Source: Okamejei kenojei (Eukaryota). Taken from it: 64,000 nucleotides of DNA. The stretch covers positions 12,772,001-12,836,000 of the forward strand of contig CM069147.1 in the NCBI GenBank assembly GCA_035221665.1, written 5' to 3'. Positions within the stretch are counted from its first letter, which is position 1. The number at the start of each line of letters is the position of its first letter. The notes below the pieces were generated by a model. It saw only the letters and a program-made list of their open reading frames with translations, was not told the origin of the DNA and did not search any database. Of this stretch, positions 39,791 to 52,508 are shown one piece after another. The position numbers and the translations under genes were made by a program.

Positions 39791-41187
39791 ACCAGGTTCA
39801 GTTGTCTGGTCATTGATGCCTGACCGACCATGAGCTTTATGCCAGGTCAAATGCATTGGGAATTTTATTGATGTCTGCCTTCACCTGAGAGGTGCGTCTG
39901 CAAAAGGGGAAATGGTTCCATTGTCTATTTTTTTTTTGTCTTTTGTCAGAGGACTATATGATACAGCTGGAGCAAAGTGTTATTTCAGAAGTAATAGCAG
40001 TACATCTTAATTATTTTAACACATTAAGTGAATTTATTAGTTACTGTAGAGTCTTTCACTGATTCTATTCTAACAGTACATATCCTTTGAAGAAAATAAT
40101 GCCGTAACTCATGTCAGTCAATGGTGACTAGTATACAGTGTAGCTGAAACTTAAATTGTTTTGAATCCAGGGTACTAAATTGTAAAGAAAAAGCTATTTT
40201 AATGTTTGTTTCCTGTCTGTGCTGCTGGCTATTGTGTAACCAGCAACAATCCTGAGGCGTTTCGTAAGCAGCTATACGAGAGTTGCTCTTTTAGCAAGAA
40301 AGGTAAATGCTGTAAATTTGAGCCAATGCTGGGGGTTTTTTTGGTCCAGAAAAGCATGATACTTCTGGAGGTAAAATAGGCTTAAAATTAAGACTGCCAA
40401 ATGAGATTTAAATGACCTAAAAACTTGCTTGTACAGATGAATTCTTGAGGGAAGGGTGGTGAAGTAGAAGATTGCTTGGGGAATTCCACAACAAACACCA
40501 GGCTGTGGTGAGATGGCAACAATGGGAAGAAAGGGAGTAAGGAATGCACGAACGTTGAGTTATACCGTGTTTGAGCAGGAAGTTGAAAATAATTTTGTGC
40601 GATGGGGTGGTCATAGAGCGGAGCAAGATACTCCACTCCTACGTAATCCAACGCACTGAGGTGTAGTACGTAACGGAGCGTCACGGCAGCCATCTTTCAA
40701 TGCAAAACTCGACTTCCGTTATGCCTCTCGCAGTGTAATCAGTGTTGTTGGGGAACAGTGTGTGATATAGCTCATCTATCACTTCACATATTTTAGTTAA
40801 TTTTATTTTTAAATGTTTTGCCCGTGCTTAATCTATTTCTGCCCATTTCCCTCCTCCCCAGCCCCCTACTTTATGCAGTTTCCCTTGTATTGCTTCAGCA
40901 CACACTGTGCACAAAATGTGTATGTGTGTGTATATATGCAAAACAGCACACAAAAATATGACATATGGGGTCAAATTTCAAATTCTTTGACAAGCACTTT
41001 ATTGGGTTCATGACTAACATAGTATCAACAACAAATATAAGAAAAGATAGCACATTGATGGCAAGTTTCCGAAAATAGCATCAGAATACACAAATACATT
41101 TTGTGTAACAGTTGTCGAGTGGTGTCCACCAGAGACCTGGTTGGCACAGTAAGTGCACGTATTTCTTATTCCTTTCTATGTTGATGA

Positions 41188-41659
41188 CAGGCACGTGCCG
41201 TGAGTAATTAGTCAGGGTAGGCAGTCAGTATCTTTGGTCATTCGGCTTTTTAAAAAAAATCTTGAAAACCGCGCATGCGCAGAATGTTCTGTCTCCGGTG
41301 AGCTGTCAGTTGGCTTTGAAAAGAAACGTGCTGCGCACACCCAGTATGCTGCTGCGGATGAGCAGTGGGCTGCGCAGCACATGCACGTAGTCCATGGTGT
41401 AAAGACAGAATTTCAGCTGCCTTTATGGACCGTTGCCAATGATGGCTCGAAGCAGCTTCAACAGCACGTGAGTAGCACACACTTCCGCGTGTTAAATGTA
41501 CAGCGGATGAAAGGCACGGGAAAATTATGCCTACCTAAGAGATCTCTTAGGTAAGCATAATTCTCCCGTGCCTTTACTATTTACATTTAATAGTTACCAT
41601 TTATAATTTTATTCAGGGTAGGCATTGCCTACCTTGCCTACCCTGACAGCACGGGCCTG
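41188..41659. mobile_element. hAT-type MITE (short copy) nested in the THAP element
   Basis: TIR caggcacgtgccgtga / tgacagcacgggcctg. 8-bp TSD gttgatga / gtagatga. Ends shared with the 46181 copy. Confidence 0.8.
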
Positions 41660-41900
41660 GTAGATGAATAACACATGGAACAATAACATTGCAAACACCA
41701 TTTCCACTTCATTCACCTGATCATGTAGTAGAATACTGCATCCATCTGAGTGGACACCATATGTGATCTAACCGGACATTACCTTATGGATCTGAGTGAC
41801 ATAGATGGCTGATGAGACAGTGTGTTGCCAAATTGCAGATTGGCTCAGTTTCTTGGTTTTGATGACCAATTTTATGTAAACAATTTGTGATAGAGATATA

Positions 41901-41920
41901 TGTGTGTGTGTGTGTGTGTG
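41901..41920. repeat. (TG)10 microsatellite
   Basis: Seen directly. Confidence 0.95.
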
Positions 41921-42449
41921 TATATCTAAAATCCTAATATTGTGAATACAATATCCATGAACACAATGTCAAAATATTTTTCCATTCTTTCATTCTATAT
42001 TAGCGTAATACGATGTAGTGCATACATCCCTACATATTTAAATTCAGCCGATAAGTTGGTCAAATAACATGGGGACCTTCTTGCTTTTATTGAGACATGG
42101 ATTTTTAAAATGTGAATGTCTCATAATGACACATTTGTGGGTCAGCAGTATATTGCACCAACCTTCACAATTTCAAATAATTCTAAATTGAATTTCATAA
42201 ACAAGGAAAACGCTTTTTATTTCCGTCATTCATGGCAATATTTACATAATTTACGTTTTGTGTGCGAGATATAGAGGGTTGCAGTGTTTTGCATATCAGC
42301 TAACCAATGAAAGTGATGTAAAATTCAACACATTTCAAACAATGATAACCCCACCCCTTGCTTACACCAAAGGACAAAATTTCCAACTTGTATACAATAA
42401 TAAATAAATCGTCATTTAGCACAATTTTGTGTGGGTAACGGGAGGTTCT

Positions 42450-42671
42450 CATTCTTCTTGAGTGACCTACGTTGGGAAAACAGATGTTTTGCCGTGTTCG
42501 GGATGTCAAATAGCGTTGGAACTGCATTCCAATTCAACCTGTTGGTCTGTCTGTTGGAAATCTGGTCACGTTCAGTGTTCAGAGCAAAGACGGCAGGTGG
42601 TTGACAAGTACGCCGGAGTTCAGTGTTGGAGATCTTGACGATCTTGAGTATTCTGGACCCGCTGTCGACAT
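42450..42671 (-). pseudogene. Decayed THAP exon 2 (CRQRVQNTQDRQDLQH*TPAYLSTTCRLCSEH, frameshift, RDQISNRQTNRLNWNAVPTLFD)
   Basis: Acceptor ttttcag|a completes the Arg codon from exon 1. CxxH zinc ligands (CSEH) and AVPTLF box are present. Contains a stop and a frameshift. Confidence 0.75.
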
Positions 42672-43416
42672 CTGAAAATATCATATATGATTAACTAATA
42701 AGAAAAAAAATGATTATAACGACATACCTGCAGAATGGATGATATCACTTAAGTGCAATTGTTTTCAGTTGTGGGGAGAGTATATTGAAGATGCATTTTG
42801 CCTCTAATATGTAAGTTTACCTTAAATGTAGAAGAGCTTATTAAAATCTTCTTACATAGACCATTTAAGTATTTTCTTTGAGGGGGGGGAGGGAGGCGAG
42901 GCAGAGAGAGGCGGATAAGACAGAGACAGATAGAGGAAGAGGGAGAGAGGAACGATGGCACATTATAACGCGCAGCTGTCCCATTTTGTCCGCCGCCGAA
43001 CCCCCCCCCCCCCCCCCCCCCCCACACCGCACCATTGCACCCTTCTTCACGGCGGCCCTGTGATGTCTCGGCTCTGACAATTCGAGGGATCTAACCGTTA
43101 TCAACACTAAGAGCTGCCCCGGGCTGCCGCGCTCCCCGACTCGAATCTGGGCTTGAAAAATCTCGTGATGGGCCTGATGTGTCCCGCAGGCCATATTATG
43201 GAGACACCTGCCTTACAAGAACAAAAACAAAAGTGTACAGAAGTACAAAAATTGATGACTTTATTATTGTGGTAAGTGTAGATCTATTTTAAAAGAAAAT
43301 CTAATAACTTTCTAATGTACCGACAAACCTAGTTTCCCAATCACCGTTGATGGTGGAACAGAAAATAACATTTTCAGGACAGAATAACATCGACAGAAAC
43401 AATAATATTTCCTCAC

Positions 43417-43520
43417 CTTTCTTAGTTATTGGGGAACCTGAAGAGAGACGGGTAGGGTCGTCTACATTGGCGATTAGAGTAATTTATAGCAGAACAGTGA
43501 GCTATAGATGTCGACGCTAT
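43417..43520 (-). pseudogene. Decayed THAP zinc-finger exon 1 of the transposon (IASTSIAHCSAINYSNRQCRRPYPSLFRFPNN*ER)
   Basis: C-x4-(C>Y) and FRFP THAP motifs. Phase-2 donor ag|gtgagg. In-frame stop, and ATA where a start codon would be expected. Confidence 0.7.
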
Positions 43521-43681
43521 GACAGTATCGAGGCAGCCCAGTAAAATGACGCTAACAATCATCCTTGACGACTACGCTTTTTTTCGCCGAGTGTCGTATC
43601 TTGCTCCACTCTATGATCTTTGGGTTGGACTAGAGTATTCATGTAGGAGTGATGACAAAAGAACAGGCCTTTAGGGTAAGG

Positions 43682-43878
43682 TCACAAAGTGCTGGAGTAA
43701 CTCAGCTGGTCAGGCAGCATTCTGGAGAACATGGATAGGTGACGTTTCAGGGCGGGATCCTTCTTCAGATCCTAAATGTCACCTATCCATGTTTTCCAGA
43801 GATGCTGCTTGACCTACTAAGTTACTCTGGCACTTTGTGTCCATTGTCTATTAACCAGCATCTGCCGTTCTTTGTTTC
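43682..43878. mobile_element. Penelope-derived fold-back repeat
   Basis: cacaaagtgctggagtaactcag... and ...gttactctggcactttgtg form inverted arms of about 60 bp. Confidence 0.7.
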
Positions 43879-45689
43879 TAACCATTTTGGGAAAATTAGC
43901 TGGAGATGGGAGTAGTTTTGAGAATAAGGTGTCGGATTTTCAGCAAGGGGTTGAGGGCATTGAAGTAGACCAAAATGTTTGGCTGATCTTGAGACATTGG
44001 CTGGGAAGAGGAAAGGATTTGGCATTAATTATGCAGGTGCTTTGGCTTCAGCCTTCGAAACTGAAGGCTTTGTAGCTCTGCCTGTACACAGGCTAAGCAG
44101 GGTGACCACGTGCTGGTCGTTGAGGCGGGTGCTGCCCGGATGTGGAAGCAGAACACCATCTGTTGCCAAAAGAATGCCATGGAAGAACAGTCATTGTTGA
44201 AGATGCCATTGGCTGCTTAATAGTCAAACCAAGTGACCAGTCCCAATTGATTGGTGTTGGAGGAGGAAGTAATTAATTGTCAAATCTGCATGTGATTGAG
44301 GAAGGGGAAAACTGCATTTTTCGCACTTCCAATATGCCATTTGAAATGTCCATTTAAGTAATTTAGGGATTTGAAGTAACGTTATGGGTGTAGAGTTGGC
44401 AAGGAAGATGGTCTAACATGGGTGATTTCATTGTCATGCAAGTATTTGGAAATTAAAATTAGTCAGCCTAAAGTTTTAGAAATGTGTGTAAATGCGTTGA
44501 GCTAGTGTGAATTGACTCTTTCAATCCTCTGATCCATTCATGTTGTATTCACTGAAATGGAATTTGACTAATTTGGGGCTGCTGGACTACTGACGTTTCC
44601 CATGCACCTTTTAACCTCCGGTATTCTCAGCATGAAGATGCTCTGCTGTGGCTTTTAAAATCTGTTTTTTTAAAAAAAGATGTTTCTTGAGGCTTCACCA
44701 CAAGTGCCCTGTCATGACCAGAGCATGAGATTCTTGAAGCAAGTTATAAAATTGTGAAATAGCTGTACTGAGACTCCAGTTTATATGGGAGTGTAAGTTT
44801 TGAAATGCCTTCGCCAGTAGTGCAGTAGCTTGTGACCTGGTATCTAAGCAACTGTATCTAAATTTCACTATAACCTTGTGTTGTAACCTATCTACAGAAT
44901 TGAGTTTGCTGGTGCTAAACAAAAAGGCAAGAATCTTTTGGGGGTGTAGGTAAATTGCTGGCTCTTTGCAAAGCAACGCCTGTACAATTTATGTAACTGT
45001 ATGAGGACTTGCGTTTATCATCGTCATACTTAAACGAAAATTTAACACCACACTTTGATGCAAGGTTTCTTGATTGTGACCAACTGCCATTTTAGAACGA
45101 TATATCGGGGCTTTTTATGTTTAACTTTAATTGACTACTTGAGAAGCTCAAGATGCTGGAGCCCCCTTCAGTAGCCATGACAATGTACAAGTTTAAATCG
45201 CATGAAAAGTTCTTCCACGAGTCCTTTTATAGCTAACTAGAATCTTAATGCATGAAATACAGCCTTGGCTACCAAATTAAAATTTAACCCAGAATTTTTT
45301 TTCAGAATCTCCAAATTCTCAAAGATCAAGGATGTAATTTAATTTTTAAGTATGATCTGATGTTAAAATAGACTCTTAATATTTAAACTATATCTCCAAA
45401 GCTAATCAATTGTACTGGTCTGTATGCAAATGCTAGTCAGTATTGATTTCCATTCTTGTCCCTTGACATAAACAATTTGCACTTGAACATGCAGCACTTG
45501 AAGAGAAATGTCCCTGTCGAGTGTTTCCAAACAATGTAATGCAGAGCCAAAGATATTGGGGGATATGCTCATTGTTGTAGATTATATTTTGATTGTGAGC
45601 TACAGGCAGTGGTTTGGAAAGAAACCTAGGCCTTTACCATATGCACCAAACACTGAGGATTGTGTGTGCAAAATGAGGGCTAATCCCCA

Positions 45690-48140
45690 TTGCTGTTTGT
45701 GGTTTATATTAGTGATTTAAATGAATGTGCAAGCATGATTAGTAAATGTGCAGTTGACACTGAAGTAGGTGGTATCGTAAACGGTGAAAAGGATTAACAA
45801 AAATTCCAGCAGTATCTTGATCAGCTGGGCAAGTGGGCTGAAGATTCGCTCGTGCAGTTTAATGGAGATAAGTGAAAGGTGTTGCAATTTTGGGCAGGAC
45901 CTTCACAGTGAATGGTAGACCCTTGACAGTTGTAGGGCAGTGTGAGCTCGGAATACAGGTGTTCAGGTCCCTGAAAAGAGAGAAGAATAATGCTGTTGCA
46001 TTAATTGGTTGTTTTGATTACAACTGAACGAAGAATAGTAGAACAAATTTCGACCACTCTACACGCAATGAAAAGGAAACTGATTTCACTTTGGCATGTC
46101 ACACCAGGGCAAGATTTGTGCAGTAAATGGTAGAGTTCTGGCCAGGGCAGCACGACTGAGAGCTAGCGGTATGGGTGTGTCAGGCACGTGCCGTGATTAC
46201 TCGGGGTAGGCACTCGGTCGACTAAAAAAAAAAAATTATTAAACCGCGCATGCGCAGATTGTTCTCTCCGTAAAAATAAAAAATAAAAATAAAAACAGTA
46301 ACAATTCAATTTTCCCAAGGCTTCCTAGTCTCCTTTATTCTGAATTACTGAATGGGTGGGTGATGAAGATTGATGGCAGGTGGAGAGATGGTGGGAAAAA
46401 CGGGAGTACTGGGAAACGTTGAATCAGTTATTGAAAGACAACACTTGTTCAAGGGACCAATTGGGGGGAGTTCCTTTCACAGCAAGTGGAGAGTCTGTGC
46501 CAGGGGTAAAGTTGTGGGGAGAGCAGAAGTGTTGAGTCGGAGGGGGTCGGGGATAATGCCAGTAACTCACCGCTACCGCAGGTCTCCAGGTCGAAGCCAC
46601 GCACTGTAGCCGGGGGTAGAAGCAGCCTCGGGGAGCTGCAAGCGGCAGCCACGACCCGACAGCAGAACAGGCCGCCACTTCAGCGCCTTCTGCCGGCCCG
46701 CTCACCTCTGACAGTGCTCTCCATCTGAACGCCTCTCACCTGCCGCCCGCACATGTCAGCTGCATCCTGCAAATCCTTAAATTCCCACAGCTGAGTAACC
46801 TCAATTGCGCTGTCGGAATTTAAGGACATGAGTTAGGCCAGCGAGCGGCAGGAGAGAGGTTTTGCACGCCTCCGTGCAAGGAGCGTAGCAAGTGACATTA
46901 TCCCGATCCCCTTCTTCATAACATTCGTGCCCTCCCCGCAACTTTACCCCGGGCCAGACTCCCCAAACGTTGTGAAAGGAGCTCTCCCCCCCCCCCCCAC
47001 CCCCACACCCCGGGAAATACGGTATTTAAAAACATCACCAAGAAATGTACTTACCACATCATTGGTACACAAGCTTCATTTTTCTCTCCCTGTTTCCTAA
47101 GATACACTTAAAATAATGCCAATCCATATTTGAAAACCCCGCCAAGAAACTAGCGCTGCGCTTGCGCAGTAGGCTGCTTCGCCTGCGCTGTGCTGCAAAG
47201 GCAGAATTTCCGCTGCCTTCAGCCCCGCTTGAAATTGACGGCTTCCAGCAGCGCTAACGGCACGTGGGCTGCACAGAGCTTCCCGTGTTACAAGCGCTGC
47301 GGATGAAAGGCACGGAGAATTATGCCTACCTAAGAGATCCATCTCTTACATAGGCATAATTCTCCAATGCCTTTACTATTTATATTTAGTAATTACTATG
47401 TTATAATTTTAGTCGGGGTAGGCAGTGCCTACCTTGCCTACCCTGACGGCACGTGCCTGGGATGTGTGATTCCATAAAAGTGGTGAGTCAAGTGGACAGT
47501 GCAGCGATGGCAGCAGTTCGCTCACTTGCCTTCATTGGGAAGGATATAGAGTAGAAATGTTGGGACATCAGGATGCAGCTGTACACGTCATTGGTGAGAC
47601 CACACTTGTTAATGAATATCAAATGCAGTAATGGTTGCTCAACCCATCAGAAGTATATCATTAATTCGGAAAGGGTTCCGTAGAGATTTACTGGGATGTT
47701 ACCTGGGCTTGCGAGGTTCAGTTTTAGGGAGAGGTTGGATAAGCTGGGACTTTATTCTCTGGAGTCTAGGGGTGACCTTGTTAAGGTATACAAATTCAAG
47801 AGGGGCATGAATAAAGTGAACATTGTCTTTTTTTTTCCAAGGTAGAGGTTTTTAAAGCAAAGCCAGAGGGCATAGGCTTGAGGGGCGAGATTCAAGAGAG
47901 ACCTCGGGGAAACCTTTCACTTGGAGGGCATCTGTATCAGAATGAACTGCTAGAGGAAACTATAGAAGTGGATGCAATTATAGTTTATTAAAAGCATTTG
48001 GGCAGATATATGGATAGGAAGAGTTTGGAGGGCTATGGGGCCAAATTCCAGCAAATGGAACCAGCCCTGCATGCCAACTTGATTAGCATAGGCAAGGACT
48101 GAAGGACCCGTTTCCTTGCTGTATAACTGTATGACTGTTT
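45690..48140 (+). mobile_element. Older CR1 LINE interrupted by the hAT element
   Basis: Collinear with 13320-14370 (ADD-like gcagttgacactgaagtaggtgg, ggggtgacctt, 3' UTR) and heavily decayed. Confidence 0.75.
46181..47459. mobile_element. hAT-type non-autonomous element (long copy) nested in a CR1 LINE
   Basis: TIR caggcacgtgccgtga / tgacggcacgtgcctg (15/16). 8-bp TSD gggtgtgt / ggatgtgt. CR1 sequence continues on both sides. Confidence 0.85.
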
Positions 48141-48654
48141 ACTGAGAAGGGGAAAATTCCTTCCTCGTGATTACTAATACACACGCAGGGACATTGTGAT
48201 TTTAGAATGCTGTCTGTCTTTGATGTTTTAAAGGCAATTAAGGGTCACATTTGTGATCCATTATTTTATTAAAAATAAAGCGGCTAGCAGATGGAGTTGG
48301 TTATTACTTGGCTCATTGATGCCGCAGTTGCTTGTGCTTCAGCAAAGGCCGACTTAAGCTAAATGTGAATTCTAGTAGTAAATTACTAGATTGTACGAAA
48401 GATCTATAGATGCTGCTGTTTGAAAAGGGAATATTGAGCTTGCATGCTAATAATGTTAGCTGCTATAATTTGATATGATATGAATCTTGAGGATTTTGGT
48501 CACCATTACATGGCTTGGATGAGGTTCCTGTCTTGTATGAGTGCCCAATATCTACTGTTCAGTTATCTTGCTGCAGTGTGCTACATTTCAGACTGTAATC
48601 ACGGCTACTGCAAATCCGTTGGAAAAGGCCGTTTTGCGCTCGTATAATATTTGT

Positions 48655-48785
48655 AGTCAAGAGTTTTATTGTCATGTGTGTCCCAGATAGAACAATTAAA
48701 TTCTTACTTGCAGCAAAACACAACAGAATATGTAAACATACACTGTAAACAATATAATAGACGAGGGGGGAAAAAGTGTTAAGAG
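48655..48785 (-). mobile_element. LINE 3' tail fragment
   Basis: ttttattgtcatgtgtgtccc...aaattcttacttgcagca terminus. Confidence 0.5.
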
Positions 48786-49419
48786 AGCAGCCACAAAACA
48801 CTCTTTTCTACATTAAAACAAATGTATTTTGGGTGCAACTCCAAGTCAGTCATTAAAAGCCTATTGAAACATACCAAAATAGCCTGCTTTCATATGGAAG
48901 TCTAGACTGTGGGAATATGGTTGAACTTTGATTAGGGGTGGCAGTTGAATATAACCCAAGTGCTGCATTTTCTGTTAAAGAACTTTCCTAAGAGTCCTGA
49001 ACTCGATGTTGTCTGTCTATTCCTGCACAGATGTGTTCCTCTGACACTTTGCGTCTTGTTCTTGTTTCCAACATCTGTAGTTCCTTGTACCGCTGGAATT
49101 GCTCAGTTTATGACCGATCTAGGGTGATGCCTGGCAGCAGGGAGGACAGCCAATATTTTCGGAGATGTAAAAAATATACTGGGTGTACCATGCATGTACT
49201 ATGAGCAGCCCCACGCTGGACCTGAGCTTGATCAAGACATACCACTAACTATCCTGGTTGGTATCAATTATCTTGGGTCATTAGTCCCAAACTACATTAG
49301 TCCCGAATTACAGTATTCCAGAACACTAACATTTGCAGTATACATCTCTCTGGAATCTGTATTGGGATTTGGCGGAGGTTTTGTTGGGATGTGGGGGGGG
49401 AAACAGCAGCTCTGCCCAA

Positions 49420-49862
49420 GTCCCCAAGAAATTGCAGAGAATTGTATATGTAGCCGGGTCCATCACACCAACCGGACTCCCCACCACTGGCTTTGTGCTA
49501 CCTTGAAAAATCAGCCAGCATAATCAAAGACTTGTCCCCACCACAGTCATTCCTTCTTTCTGCTCCTCTCTGGCAGAAGATAAAGAAGCTTGAAGGCTCT
49601 GGAACAACTCCTTCCCCTCTATTATCGGGTTTCTGAACAATCCATTCATAATCTAGGATGCTGTCTGATTCTCCTCTTGCCTATTGAGCACTGGGCTTTA
49701 TGTGAAACTGATGCGCTACAACGCTGAGAACTATATTCTGCACTTTGTCTCTTTCCCTTTACTTTTTCCATTGCACTTCAGTTTGTCTGTGTTTATGGGT
49801 AGTATATGATTGGATAACATGCAAAACAAAGCTTTTTTGCTGTACCTCGGTACACAATAATA
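49420..49862 (+). mobile_element. Rex1/Babar-type LINE 3' end
   Basis: caagaaattgcagagaattgt...gccagcataatcaaaga is homologous to 2478-2830. Ends ctgtacctcggtacacaataa. Confidence 0.7.
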
Positions 49863-50894
49863 TACCTAGTCTGGTGAGCTTGAGCTTTATCCACCCAAAT
49901 CAATTGCATCTCTCAATTTCAATATGGACAAGTAACCGTCTGTAAGTAAAAACAATATTGAACAATACAGTCTTTGGCTAACCTTTGTTCAGTAATGCAT
50001 GCTTTCAAGAGACCTTGTTCAACTACCCATTTGAAACAGTTGAGAGGCAATGGAATGATGCCCAAATGTTGGGTTGTCTTGTTCATGATGCCAGGCGACT
50101 GTTGCCAAAAGGAGAAGTGCCCAGCCAAATAAAGCTCGAGGGAGAAGGCTAGCTATTGCTGGAGCTACAGTGGATACCTTCAGCAAAATAGACTTGGAAC
50201 ATTACCAAGTGTAACATACCAGTCACAAGATGTTGTTTGTAGCATTTGGCCGGGGATGTTTCAGTGTTGTGACGAAAATGGAAGCTCTGGAAGGATTTAA
50301 TGGAATATTTTGGGACAGATGGACACAGTTGGGAGGTGAACATCTGAAGTTCCTGCTGTTTAAAGATGGGTTAGGAAATAAAGGATAATTTAGGTTTTTT
50401 TGTTCAGGGACCCTTTTTACAGAATGTATCATTCCTGTTTCAGCATGATTGAATTTGAACAAACAACTATGTACTGTACAAAGCCATGACCAAATATACC
50501 AGATTTTGAATCTGAATTTAGCAAGGTGGATAGATACTGAGGAGAAAAGCCCAAGTTGATTTAAAAGGCTTGTTTCCCACAGGTTTCAGATGGAGCAAGA
50601 GAACAATTGTTTCAAGCCAAATATCACAGAGCTACTGTACATGGCTTTCCCTGAACTTTACCATTAGCGTTACATTATTCTTGATTTGTTTTTGGCAGAG
50701 CCTGCTTCTGGCTTTGGTGCTTGGTTAGAACATTAGAAACCACCAGTTGGGCAGAGCAAAGTGCAAACTTCCATCTTTCTGGATTCTAAATAAAACAAAT
50801 TGACAAAATCCTGCAGGAAAATACTTCCTGGCTGCCTTCAGTTTTTTTTAATCTACCTTCGAACTCAGCAGTTGTGGAAACCAATCAAATAGCC

Positions 50895-51093
50895 CTATCT
50901 TTCTCTCTCTATCCCCTCCCCCTTCTCAGTTCTCCCACCAGTCTTACTATCTCCGACTACATTTTATCTTTGTCCCACCCACTCCCCTGACATCAGTCTG
51001 AAGAAGGGTCTCAACTTGAAACATCGCCCATTCCTTCTCTCCAGAGATGCTGCCTGTCCCGCTGAATGAGTCAAGCGTTTTGTGCCTATCTTT
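50895..51093 (+). mobile_element. Penelope-derived 3' end / terminal repeat
   Basis: Pyrimidine-rich segment followed by cagtctgaagaagggtctcaacttgaaacatc. Confidence 0.7.
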
Positions 51094-52206
51094 TGCCTGA
51101 TAGACTAGCCTATGCACCAGAATGAACTAGATGGGCCATTCTTTGGAAAGTGAACCAATGTCTCACACGTGACCAGATGGCATCACATAAAGTAATACAT
51201 TATAAAATTTTTGTAAGAGATTAATCTTATATATTGCTATTTTCCTACCTACAGAACTATTGCATGTCTGCTACAGACATGAACATTTTAGCTTTTTAAA
51301 ATTCAGTTTAAGATAAAACTGAGTTATGGAAAAAAAAACTTCCAATGCTTCCTCTAGCAGTTCATTCTGATACAGATGCCCTCCAAGTGAAAAGTTTCCC
51401 CGAGGTACCTCTTGAATATTTGACCTCTGACCTTAAACAAACATTGTCAGCATACCTAAACATTTCACTTGATAAACTTAAAAAAAAAAGGATCATATAT
51501 ACAGTACAAAACAATATACCTGTAATGCTTTCAGAATTAGAAGAGATGTATTCCACAATTTTTCATATCTTTGGTCACACACGTGACTAAGAATGGGCCT
51601 GTCGTAGAAAATCAAGTCAGGTCAGCGTATTTGTTTGTAAACTATTGGCCAAATAGTGTGTACAGCGGTTTAAATGGTTGCCACTCTGTTCAGTTTGAAT
51701 TTAAAGGATGCCTGAAAGCATGTACCACAGACTTTTAAATGTGATTGCCATTTTACACAATATAGGGAGTAATCTTTCTACAGCGCATTGGGCAAGTCTA
51801 GATTTTGATTGTCAGTTAATGTAATCCATCATACAACAGTGACTATAAGCGAAATGCAAAAATTCTGTTCCAATGTGATGTTTGGAATGAGAGCTAGAAA
51901 TGGAGCACCTTGAATCTACAACATAGGGCAAGCACAAGTATTGTGAGCACACTACATCCTAGTGACGGATCCGCTGATACATACTCTGCCCCATTTGTGG
52001 CAGTCTGGATCCTGCATGGAATCCTTGGACAGAATCACTGTTGATCAAATGTAGCTCAAGCCGCACATTTTCCAGTCAGGGCAAAACCTCGTTATTTTGT
52101 CCCAGTGATTAATTTTCATTCACTTGCTATCTTGTCTGACTAGATTTGTTTATTCATGTCCCTGAAGTCTGCATTAATTTTGCTGTGTTCATTAGTTCAA
52201 GACTAA

Positions 52207-52508
52207 TTTTAGTTTAGTTTGGAGATACAACGCGGAAACCCTTCAGCCCACCGGGTCTGCCCCGACCAGCGATCCCTGCGTATTAACACACACTGGGGAC
52301 AATTTTTACATGTACCAAGCCAATTTACCTACATGTACGTCTTTGGAGTGTGGGAGGAAACCGAAGATCTCAGAGAAAACCCACGTAGGTTACGGGGAGA
52401 ACGTACAAACTCCGTACAGACAACACCCGTAGTCGGGATGGAACCCGGGTCTCCAGCGCTGCAAGCACTGTAAGGCAGCAACTCTACCGCTGTGCCACGG
52501 TGCTGTCC
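52207..52508 (-). mobile_element. HE1-like tRNA-derived SINE (V-SINE), near full length
   Basis: Minus strand shows a tRNA-like head gtggcacagcggtagag...ggttccatccc, a V-domain-like core tttcctcccacactccaaagacgtac, a CR1-like 3' end and a (ctaaa)n tail. Confidence 0.85.

Larger units (their letters stand above)
40612..43615 (-). mobile_element. P-element-like DNA transposon relic with THAP domain
   Basis: 20-bp TIR catagagcggagcaagatac versus catagagtggagcaagatac (reverse complement of 43596-43615), 1 mismatch. Internal THAP pseudo-exons. No clear TSD. Confidence 0.7.

Noticed and set aside
40603-43628. tggggtgg / tgggttgg as the TSD of the THAP element
   Set aside because: Not flush with the TIRs (offset by 1 and 5 bp), so not accepted as a TSD.
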